44,245 nucleotides of DNA from a virus (Duplodnaviria; Caudoviricetes): positions 1 through 44,245 of the IMG/VR virus record IMGVR_UViG_3300032103_000107. One strand, written 5' to 3'. Position numbers and translations under genes: made by a program. Below are positions 36,238 to 44,245 of the stretch, one piece after another. Position 1 is the stretch's first letter. Every line of letters starts with the position of its first letter. The notes beneath the pieces are model-generated. The model did not search any database. It was not told the origin of the DNA and saw only the letters and a list, made by a program, of their open reading frames with translations.

Positions 36238-37104
36238 GTGAAAATATTATCTTATATAAAGGGATTTTTTTATTCTATTTTTATTAAAATAGGTATTGCA
36301 TTTAGTAATGTTGCTGAAGAATTTAAGACTGATAGTTTTGAATTAGACCCTAATAAAAAAATTGTAATTAGAAAAAAAAATCAAAATCAATTATTGAACA
36401 AATTTCAAGTTGGTGAAACCGATGAAAAATATACTAAAGATTATTATGAGGTCTTAAAGAAAGCTGATAAATTTTTAAAACATGTCACATCTGAACAAAT
36501 TCAAATGGCTGCAGATAGAAATGGTATGAGTTATGGTAAAAAAGATAGATGGGGGAGAAGATTTGAACATTATGGTTTTTATGATCCTAAAAGTAAGCAT
36601 TATGGTAAAACTATTGCTGAAGCAATAATAGATCAGGTTGAAGAAAGAAAAACCAAAGATGATGACTATCCTATTGTTTATATGATTAATAATTCAAAAC
36701 CATTAGATGGTTTTACTACTATGAAAGATGTCGTTGAAAAAGATAATTCTTATGAATTAAAAAATGAATTAGAAAGAGTTATAGAAAAAAGATTTAAAAT
36801 TAATATAATTAGAGATAGACAGAGCATAAATAAAATTGAACAATTAACCGAATTTTTACATATCAAACAAATATCATCAGTACATAGACAGTATGAGTTT
36901 TTTATTAATAAAAAATACGGACTACATAAATTTGATGAAAATAGTGATGTTTTTAAAGAGATAATTGATATACAGCAAATATGGTTTAAAGATGAATGGG
37001 GACAAACACATTTTTTTACTGTTGATAGATTTACTAAAAGACTATACTTTGATGATAAATTTGAGGTATTAAAATTTATTGGTAAAATTGTTGAGAAACT
37101 ATAA
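36238..37104 (+). CDS. Hypothetical protein (288 aa)
   Basis: GTG start 6 nt after the upstream stop; followed by a terminator. Confidence 0.75.
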   Translation: MKILSYIKGFFYSIFIKIGIAFSNVAEEFKTDSFELDPNKKIVIRKKNQNQLLNKFQVGETDEKYTKDYYEVLKKADKFLKHVTSEQIQMAADRNGMSYGKKDRWGRRFEHYGFYDPKSKHYGKTIAEAIIDQVEERKTKDDDYPIVYMINNSKPLDGFTTMKDVVEKDNSYELKNELERVIEKRFKINIIRDRQSINKIEQLTEFLHIKQISSVHRQYEFFINKKYGLHKFDENSDVFKEIIDIQQIWFKDEWGQTHFFTVDRFTKRLYFDDKFEVLKFIGKIVEKL

Positions 37105-37128
37105 AATTTTATAGTTTATTGATATTAC

Positions 37129-37155
37129 AAAATCCGCTTAATGCGGATTTTTTTT
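37129..37155 (+). terminator. Intrinsic terminator
   Basis: AAAATCCGC-TTAAT-GCGGATTTT followed by a T run. Confidence 0.85.
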
Positions 37156-37161
37156 GAAATT

Positions 37162-37170
37162 GTATTTATA
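37162..37170 (+). promoter_or_regulatory. GTATTTATA motif heading the baseplate operon
   Basis: Lies between the terminator and ATG 37183. Confidence 0.65.
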
Positions 37171-37182
37171 AAAAAGTGAATA

Positions 37183-37581
37183 ATGAGATCAATTAATATA
37201 AAATTTCCTCTTGAAGATGATAAAGTAAAAAATAATCTATTCAAAATGAATTGTGTGACTAAATCAGCTTTAACATCTAATCTTTTATTACTTCTTTTAA
37301 CTGAAAAGGGTGAAAGATACTATATGCCAAATTACGGCACAAATTTAAAAAGGTTCATTTTTGAACCAAATGATAGTGTTACTATTGGTGATGTGGAAGA
37401 AGAAGTTAGAAATACAGTTAAAGAATTTATACCCGAATTAACAATAACATCAATAGATATTTATACCACAACAGATGAAGATGGAAATCTAATGAGTGAG
37501 CATGAGATTAGATTGTTGGTTAATTTTTCATATGATGAGGGTGTTTTTAATGAAACTGGTGTGGTAGAAATAACATTCTAA
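37183..37581 (+). CDS. Baseplate wedge protein, gp25/GPW family
   Basis: LLLTEKGERYYMPNYGTNLKRFIFEPND signature. Confidence 0.88.
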   Translation: MRSINIKFPLEDDKVKNNLFKMNCVTKSALTSNLLLLLLTEKGERYYMPNYGTNLKRFIFEPNDSVTIGDVEEEVRNTVKEFIPELTITSIDIYTTTDEDGNLMSEHEIRLLVNFSYDEGVFNETGVVEITF

Positions 37582-37598
37582 ATAAACAATAATTCAAA

Positions 37599-39449
37599 AT
37601 GGCAGATAAAACAATACCATATAATAAAAGAACCTTTACTGAGATAAAGGATGAACTTGTGACATTAGTTCAAGAATATTATCCTGAAGTATTCGGTGAT
37701 TTTACTGATTCTAACATTGGTTCTATGATGATAGATTTAAATGCTGGTGTAGCTAATAATTTATCAGTGAATACAGATAGAGCATTTCAGGAAACTCAAC
37801 TTGAATATGCACAGCAAATAGCATCGATACTTAATATTGCTAAAAATTTAGGTTTTAACATACCAAATAAAAGACCATCTGTTACCGTTGTTGATTTTAC
37901 TGTCCAAGTACCAGTAAAGGGTGATAAACCTGATGCATCGTATTATCCTGTATTGTTTCCACAATCACAAGTAGTAGGTGGTGGTAAGGTGTTTGAAACT
38001 GAAGATGTAATTGATTTTGCATCTCCTGTTAGTAATTTAGGATATCCTAATAGAAGTCAAATACCTGTGTTAGATTCTAATGGTATTATTACATCATATT
38101 TAATTACAAAAAGAGAAATAGTAATTAATGGTAGCACTAAAATATTTCGTAGAGTTATTAGAGATGAAGACACCATACCATTTTATGAAATTACTTTACC
38201 AGATAATAATGTTATATCTATTGACAGTATTATTTTAGTTCAAAATCAAAATGCTGGTTCAAATCCACCAGATGAATTATTTTATGATCAGGATATTCGC
38301 TATTATGAAGTTGATTATTTAGCACAACAAAGAATTTTTATGGAAGATATTGATTCAGGTAATAGTAATTCAACAACAGGCAATACAGGAATTAAAGCAG
38401 CTAAATGGATGGACGTTACAAGAAAGTTTATTAGAGAATATACTGCAAATGGATTATGTGTTATAACTTTTGGTAGTGGTAATTCTGATTTTGATCTTCT
38501 TAAAGAAGGATTTGCTAAAGTTGGTATAAGTAACGATATATTTTTACAGAATTTCTTAGAAAATACATCGTTAGGTGAAAAACTTAGAAGAGGTACTCTC
38601 TATATTAGATATAGAGTTGGTGGTGGTAGTGATTCTAATTTAGGAAGTAATGTGCTTACTCAAATGGGTCAATTTAGAATGTCAGTAAATGGTGCTCGTC
38701 AGGATTTAAATAATAATGTACAAAGAAGTCTTAGAGTGACAAATCCAATACCTGCTATTGGTGGAAATGATGGATTATCTATTGAAGAAATTAGAAATTT
38801 AATATCATATAACTATTCTGGACAATACAGAGCAGTAACAATTAATGATTATTTAACAATGGTAAATAGAATGCCGGGACGTTATGGATCACCATTTAGA
38901 TCAAATGCATTTAAAGAAAATAATAAAGTAGTTATTGTAATGTTAGGTATTGACTCGAGTGGCAAATTAACTAACACAAGCAATACATTATTAAAAAATA
39001 ATGTTACTGAATGGCTAAGTGAATTTAGAATGGTAAATGATTATGTTGAAGTAAGAGATGGTAGAATATTCAATATTGCAATAGATGTTGATGTCTACGT
39101 TGAAAAAAGAAATGATAGTCAAATTGCTAATAATATAATAAGTACTGTTACCGATTTTTTTAGCATTAATAACAAACAAATGAACGAAGATATGTTTTTA
39201 GCAACATTACAAAATTCAATTAATGATATTAATGGTGTTATAAATATTGTTTCTTTGAAAATCTACAATAAGGTTGGTAGTACTTATTCGTTAAATCCTG
39301 TTGAACAAGAATTTGCAAATGAAATTACTGGTGAAATTAAATTGATAAATAACACAATTTATAGCACTCCAGATTCTATGTTTGAAATAAAATTCCCTGA
39401 GAGAGATATTAAAGTTTTTTTAAGAAAAAGAACTGATTTAAGAGTATAA
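37599..39449 (+). CDS. Baseplate wedge subunit, T4 gp6/baseplate-J-like (616 aa)
   Basis: N-terminal F.EIKDEL...YYPE...DF; ITFGSG; YRVGGG; NPIPAIGG; RAVTINDY. Adjacent to the gp25-like gene. Confidence 0.85.
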   Translation: MADKTIPYNKRTFTEIKDELVTLVQEYYPEVFGDFTDSNIGSMMIDLNAGVANNLSVNTDRAFQETQLEYAQQIASILNIAKNLGFNIPNKRPSVTVVDFTVQVPVKGDKPDASYYPVLFPQSQVVGGGKVFETEDVIDFASPVSNLGYPNRSQIPVLDSNGIITSYLITKREIVINGSTKIFRRVIRDEDTIPFYEITLPDNNVISIDSIILVQNQNAGSNPPDELFYDQDIRYYEVDYLAQQRIFMEDIDSGNSNSTTGNTGIKAAKWMDVTRKFIREYTANGLCVITFGSGNSDFDLLKEGFAKVGISNDIFLQNFLENTSLGEKLRRGTLYIRYRVGGGSDSNLGSNVLTQMGQFRMSVNGARQDLNNNVQRSLRVTNPIPAIGGNDGLSIEEIRNLISYNYSGQYRAVTINDYLTMVNRMPGRYGSPFRSNAFKENNKVVIVMLGIDSSGKLTNTSNTLLKNNVTEWLSEFRMVNDYVEVRDGRIFNIAIDVDVYVEKRNDSQIANNIISTVTDFFSINNKQMNEDMFLATLQNSINDINGVINIVSLKIYNKVGSTYSLNPVEQEFANEITGEIKLINNTIYSTPDSMFEIKFPERDIKVFLRKRTDLRV

Positions 39450-39455
39450 TTAATA

Positions 39456-40085
39456 ATGGAGTTAATTAAGAAAACATTTGAGTTAGTAGAATCTGGTACG
39501 ACAGGAATTCCTGCGTACTCTGCATATACTATGAATATTTTTTTAACTTCAAACTCTAAAGATTGGGGATTTTTTGATGTATATACTGGTTTATCAGAAA
39601 CAACAATAGATAATGTTTCTTATTTAGTTACTGGTGGTTGTACTAGTAGATTATTTGAATTAAAAAAATATACATTAAATAATTCATATTCAGTAAAATA
39701 TAAACAGTCAAATAATTCATCCGTAGATGGACTTGATTTGACTCAATCTATTACTGGATCAACAACTGGTGTTACTTTGGTTTATTACATTGGTGGTATT
39801 ACATATTATGATGTTATACCATCAGATACAGGTATCACACCCTATAGTATATTTAAATTTACTGGTGTTGGCTATAATTCACCTAATTATGATAATTATG
39901 CTATCTATAAGGATGAAACGTTGTTGGAAATAAAGGAACAACCAACAATTGATCCTGACGTATTTATTGAAAGACAAAGTTTGTCTGTATTTGAAAATAA
40001 CTATAGGTTAAAAGAACTTAATAAACTTTTTGATGTACTTAGCTATGCTGGTGGTAGTTATTTTAATATAATTGATAATGTGTAA
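39456..40085 (+). CDS. Hypothetical, probably structural protein (209 aa)
   Basis: Lies within the baseplate operon. Confidence 0.7.
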   Translation: MELIKKTFELVESGTTGIPAYSAYTMNIFLTSNSKDWGFFDVYTGLSETTIDNVSYLVTGGCTSRLFELKKYTLNNSYSVKYKQSNNSSVDGLDLTQSITGSTTGVTLVYYIGGITYYDVIPSDTGITPYSIFKFTGVGYNSPNYDNYAIYKDETLLEIKEQPTIDPDVFIERQSLSVFENNYRLKELNKLFDVLSYAGGSYFNIIDNV

Positions 40086-40095
40086 ATAAAAATAT

Positions 40096-41007
40096 ATGGC
40101 AACAGGAATTTATGGAGGCATACGCCCATCAGACATTAACATCAACGATCTTGATGTATTCTATACATTTACCTCAACAAGAGAATTACAAGCAACTCAG
40201 GTTTTTAGATTAAACCCAACAGACATATTAACTGAATTATCTCTTCCAGAGGATGATCAAGTTAATTTAGAGCAAAATCTACTTGAAGGTATGTATAACC
40301 TTAAATTACCTGCTAATATTTTTAATAGCACTGGTGTTTATACAATTTATATTAGACCTAAAGTATTAAGACTGACTATTGTTGATTGTGGTGTTTTATC
40401 AGCACTTCCAACAGTAAAGGGTATAATTATAGATGGCAATGAATTAGATGATTTTGATGCTTCTTTATTGGCAAATAATGCATTACAGGGTTATAGAATC
40501 GAATATATTAATTCGGATGGGACAAAGCTAAGAAATACGGTTAGATACGTTGTATCGTCAAATAAAGTGGTTCCAGTGACCGAAAACGTAGGTAATACAA
40601 GTCAAACTGCTATTCGCTATAGATTTGATGATAATGGTACATTATTGTTCTTACAGGTTACACCTAGTTCAGCATCTAGTGTTAAACCTAATGTTACTCC
40701 ATTTATTGGTAATCCAGATCAAACAATTCTAATGTCAAATACTAATGTTAATCCTTTAGCAATTGAGATTGAATTTGTGGAAAATACATTAGATACATTG
40801 GTAAGTATGGTAGCTGGTGAACAAATTAAGGATGTAGATAATGGCATACTTACATTATATGATGAAAATAGAAATATCTTAAGACAATTTGATTTGTATG
40901 AGATTAAGGAAGACATTGAATCAACTTCATTGTATGAGGTTAAGCAAAGAAGAACTAATTTAGATTTATCACAAGATTTTGATGACATAACATCAGAAGT
41001 ATCTTAA
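40096..41007 (+). CDS. Hypothetical, probably structural protein (303 aa)
   Basis: Lies within the baseplate operon. Confidence 0.75.
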   Translation: MATGIYGGIRPSDININDLDVFYTFTSTRELQATQVFRLNPTDILTELSLPEDDQVNLEQNLLEGMYNLKLPANIFNSTGVYTIYIRPKVLRLTIVDCGVLSALPTVKGIIIDGNELDDFDASLLANNALQGYRIEYINSDGTKLRNTVRYVVSSNKVVPVTENVGNTSQTAIRYRFDDNGTLLFLQVTPSSASSVKPNVTPFIGNPDQTILMSNTNVNPLAIEIEFVENTLDTLVSMVAGEQIKDVDNGILTLYDENRNILRQFDLYEIKEDIESTSLYEVKQRRTNLDLSQDFDDITSEVS

Positions 41008-41018
41008 TTTTATAAAAA

Positions 41019-44000
41019 ATGGCAAAAGTTCGTGTTATTAATAAAGGTCAAAATGCTGATTTAATTGGTGGTAATTTTACCAATGATGCGTCACAAACAA
41101 TCTTTAGTCTTGGCGCATTTTCTATTCAGTCTAATTTTACTGGTAGAAAAGTAACCAAATATGAAAATAAGATAACATCTTTTGTTACACCAATAACACT
41201 TGAAAATCTTGAATTAACTCAAACTGAATCTGAAAGTATTGTATTATTAACATCTAATGTAGTTTTAAATCTTGATAGATCAGATTTAAAATCTTATGCT
41301 AAATTTGGTTCTGCTAAAGAAATATTGAGAGTTTCTATTCAGGAAATTATAAAGAAATTTCCTGCAAGTTTACACGCATATAAGAATATAGCTGTGAATG
41401 GTAATTTTACAGTAGGTAATTTTGTTTATGATCCATTAACAAATATATCAACATTTCAAGTACCAAAACAATTTGTAGATAACAAGTTTGGTATTGTAAC
41501 ATCAAGAAATAATTTTGCAACACCAGATAACTCAGAATTACGTAATCTTAATTTATCATATCAAAATTATGTTATTTGGAAAGGTACTGATCCAGATAAT
41601 AATACTCATTATATTCTTGGATATACTGGCAATACACCACAATATCAATTCTTATCATTTAAAGTTCAGGGTAATCCATTTCCAGAAATTAGTGCTAATA
41701 CTGCTATTACTGCTAGTATCAATTACCATATTAAACCAGACCCAAGACAGTACAATTTATTTTATTCATCATTAGAGCCATTACAAAAACATTTATTAGC
41801 TAAAAGAACCGATGATAATACTGGATTTATAACGGAATTAAAAGAACCAGTATTATTAGATAATGGTGAAACTATTTTTATTGATAGAATATTTAAATGG
41901 GAAACATTTGATAATTATAATGTTGATATTGATAGTCCTCAATACTCGCTGTATTTAATTAATTTAATGAATTTAGGTGAACTATATGATGGCTTCAAAA
42001 CTGATTTGGTATATAGAATGCTAACAACATCATCTATTAAAGCATATGACCAAACAGATGAAATGAAAATGTCTAAGTTACTTAGAATCTATGGTAGAGA
42101 ATTTGATAATATTAGACAATATATTGATGCAATAGCATATGCTAATACTGTTACATATAATAAAAAGAATAACTTATCTGATACCCTTGTTAAGAATTTA
42201 GCTAAAACATTAGGTTGGAATACAGTTAATTTAGTTTCAGATGAACAATTAGCTGATGCATTTTTTTCACAGGTAGAAACCGAAGAAAATCAAGTAAAGT
42301 TACCATTTGAAATAGATATTGAATTGTGGAGAAGAATTATTATAAACACAAATTATTATTGGAAATCAAAAGGCACTAAAGCATCATTAAAATCAATGCT
42401 ACGTCTTATTGGTATTCCAGAACCATTTGTTGATATAACAGAATATGTATATACTGTCGATGGTAAAATAAATCCTAATACAGTAAATTTAACATTAGAA
42501 GATATTGGTACACCATCATTTCCATATAATAGTAAAGGATACCCTATTGCACCTAAAGAAAATAATGATTTCTTTTTTCAAATTAGTGGTGACACTGATG
42601 GTGGTCAGGAATATATTAATGTATTTAGAAGAGTAGGATTTTCAGTTAATAGAATAGTTGATAATAAAAAATCTTGGGAAGAAGCTGGATTTGTTCAAAG
42701 ACAACATTATTCATCACCAGCATACTTTCAACGTGATAGTAAATTAATTATTAATACAAAAGAAATTGATGCAACTCTTGATACTGCAAGAGGTATTGAA
42801 TTTGATGTTTATGAATATAATAAATTAACTAACTATCCTATAAGTACTACTGGTGTTACTAAACCATATTTATATATCAACATACCATTCACATATGGCG
42901 CAAATACTAACACTTTTACAATTATTAGTGGTGACATCGCATTAGGAAATATACAAGTTAATTTTAATGGTATTACTTTAGAAAAAGACGTTGATTATAT
43001 TCAATTAAATAGTACTACGGTTCAACTTACAAGTGAGATAGCTAAAATATATAGTAATGGTTCTAAAGATGTAATTACATTAACATATATGCATGACAGA
43101 TATAATGGATTGTCAGGTGATTATTCTGCAATACAATATATTGTGCTATCTATAGTTGCATTACCGAGTGGTATTGAAATCCCTTTACCGCCTAATTATA
43201 CTATTAGTAATAGTAGTGATATTCAATTAACAGTTAACGGTATTTCATTAACAAAAAGTACATCATTATTTACTGGTGATTATATTATTGCTCCCACCAA
43301 AGATAAAATTATTGTTCAGAACTCAACATTAATGAGTTATTTACAATCAAATCCAACAGTAGTAATATCATATATACAACAATTTAATGACGAAAATTTA
43401 CAGAAAAAATTTGAGGTACATAGAGTAGATTCCTTTTCATCAATTAAATTATCATTTAATGCAGGTATTAATAAATTCATATATAGTATGGATTATGAAG
43501 CCATTGCAATAGATGCTATTAAGGTCACTGTTAATGGTATAACACTTCAAAATGGAACTGATTTTACTCTTAATTCTGGAAATAAATATCAAATATTTTT
43601 ACCACCAGCATTAAATTTTGGTGATATAATTGGTGTATATTACGTTGTTGGTTCTGGTATTACATCATCGTTCTTACCACCTAATTTAATATTCCCTAAT
43701 GTTAGTGAATTAAGTTTTTTAGAATACCTTGAATTAATAACTAGAAAATTAATTAATGCCAAAACAAGAAAAGTAATTACTGATCATAATGGTGGGTTTT
43801 ATCCAACTGTATTAAAAATATATGAAGAATACTTAAGAGTAAGTTTTTTACCTAAAGATAATTTTTATCATAGTAATGGGTATACATTTAGTAATGTGTT
43901 TCCATTTATAGCTAAATTCAGTACTTTCTTTGAAAGATTTATTATTGATTTACTACCAGCAACTGTTATACTAAAGAAAGGTGGTACATTAATTAGAAAT

Positions 44001-44245
44001 ACGTCATTTACAAGACAAAAATTTGTATATAAAAGAGGTGTAAATTTTACTCCATCTTTAGGATGGCTAGGTGATGATGGTAGTGAGTTTAAAATTAAAC
44101 AATCAGAAAAAATATTTAGCTGGACAGATGCAAGTGTTTGTATTATCGAAGAGGTATTTATATTACCAACTACTACTACAACCACAACTACTGATGCACC
44201 TACAACTACCACTACTACTACAACAACTACCACTACTACAACAAC
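41019..44245 (+). CDS. Large baseplate wedge/tail protein (>1075 aa), runs off the window; not in the ORF track
   Basis: ATG 41019 reads MAKVRVINKG. Contains WRRIIIN..YYWKSKGT (gp7/gpI-like) and three V..NGI(T/S)L...D(Y/F) repeats. No stop was found, and it ends in poly-Thr. Confidence 0.8.
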   Translation, partial: MAKVRVINKGQNADLIGGNFTNDASQTIFSLGAFSIQSNFTGRKVTKYENKITSFVTPITLENLELTQTESESIVLLTSNVVLNLDRSDLKSYAKFGSAKEILRVSIQEIIKKFPASLHAYKNIAVNGNFTVGNFVYDPLTNISTFQVPKQFVDNKFGIVTSRNNFATPDNSELRNLNLSYQNYVIWKGTDPDNNTHYILGYTGNTPQYQFLSFKVQGNPFPEISANTAITASINYHIKPDPRQYNLFYSSLEPLQKHLLAKRTDDNTGFITELKEPVLLDNGETIFIDRIFKWETFDNYNVDIDSPQYSLYLINLMNLGELYDGFKTDLVYRMLTTSSIKAYDQTDEMKMSKLLRIYGREFDNIRQYIDAIAYANTVTYNKKNNLSDTLVKNLAKTLGWNTVNLVSDEQLADAFFSQVETEENQVKLPFEIDIELWRRIIINTNYYWKSKGTKASLKSMLRLIGIPEPFVDITEYVYTVDGKINPNTVNLTLEDIGTPSFPYNSKGYPIAPKENNDFFFQISGDTDGGQEYINVFRRVGFSVNRIVDNKKSWEEAGFVQRQHYSSPAYFQRDSKLIINTKEIDATLDTARGIEFDVYEYNKLTNYPISTTGVTKPYLYINIPFTYGANTNTFTIISGDIALGNIQVNFNGITLEKDVDYIQLNSTTVQLTSEIAKIYSNGSKDVITLTYMHDRYNGLSGDYSAIQYIVLSIVALPSGIEIPLPPNYTISNSSDIQLTVNGISLTKSTSLFTGDYIIAPTKDKIIVQNSTLMSYLQSNPTVVISYIQQFNDENLQKKFEVHRVDSFSSIKLSFNAGINKFIYSMDYEAIAIDAIKVTVNGITLQNGTDFTLNSGNKYQIFLPPALNFGDIIGVYYVVGSGITSSFLPPNLIFPNVSELSFLEYLELITRKLINAKTRKVITDHNGGFYPTVLKIYEEYLRVSFLPKDNFYHSNGYTFSNVFPFIAKFSTFFERFIIDLLPATVILKKGGTLIRNTSFTRQKFVYKRGVNFTPSLGWLGDDGSEFKIKQSEKIFSWTDASVCIIEEVFILPTTTTTTTTDAPTTTTTTTTTTTTTT
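44169..44245 (+). repeat. ACN trinucleotide repeat encoding poly-threonine
   Basis: Mixed ACT/ACA/ACC codons run to the end of the window, interrupted once by DAP. Confidence 0.9.

Noticed and set aside
43868-44233. Minus-strand poly-Val ORF
   Set aside because: It is the antisense of the poly-Thr tract in the large plus-strand gene.
1-44245. Stop-codon reassignment as seen in some large phages
   Set aside because: Long genes read through under the standard code, and TAA, TAG and TGA all end genes at sensible places.

Overview
This is a very AT-rich, densely coded, almost entirely plus-strand segment of a large tailed (myovirus-like, probably jumbo) phage genome that uses the standard genetic code. 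A Bacteroidota host is inferred from TAnnTTTG elements, A-rich leaders without Shine-Dalgarno sites and Bacteroidota-like genes. In order, it contains: (1) repeat-built T/S/G/N-rich fibre or structural genes; (2) a 1.7-kb segment bounded by two junctions that both cut genes; (3) a HARP-SNF2 helicase carrying two inteins; (4) a family-B DNA polymerase; (5) a block preceded by a recurrent GTATTTAT motif, with Nudix, WYL-like, a ~1550-aa kinase/4xART-like/CCA-nucleotidyltransferase protein, envelope proteins, 2H and HAD RNA end-healing enzymes, a ParB-like protein and a glycosyltransferase; (6) baseplate genes (gp25-like, gp6/J-like, and a large wedge protein running off the end). The top finding is the second helicase intein. 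It has no in-frame homing endonuclease. Instead a complete zinc-finger plus Vsr/DUF559-type endonuclease gene is overprinted in the +1 frame, with both frames open for ~280 codons and motifs of both proteins encoded by the same bases. All family assignments come from motifs recognised by eye; no searches were run.
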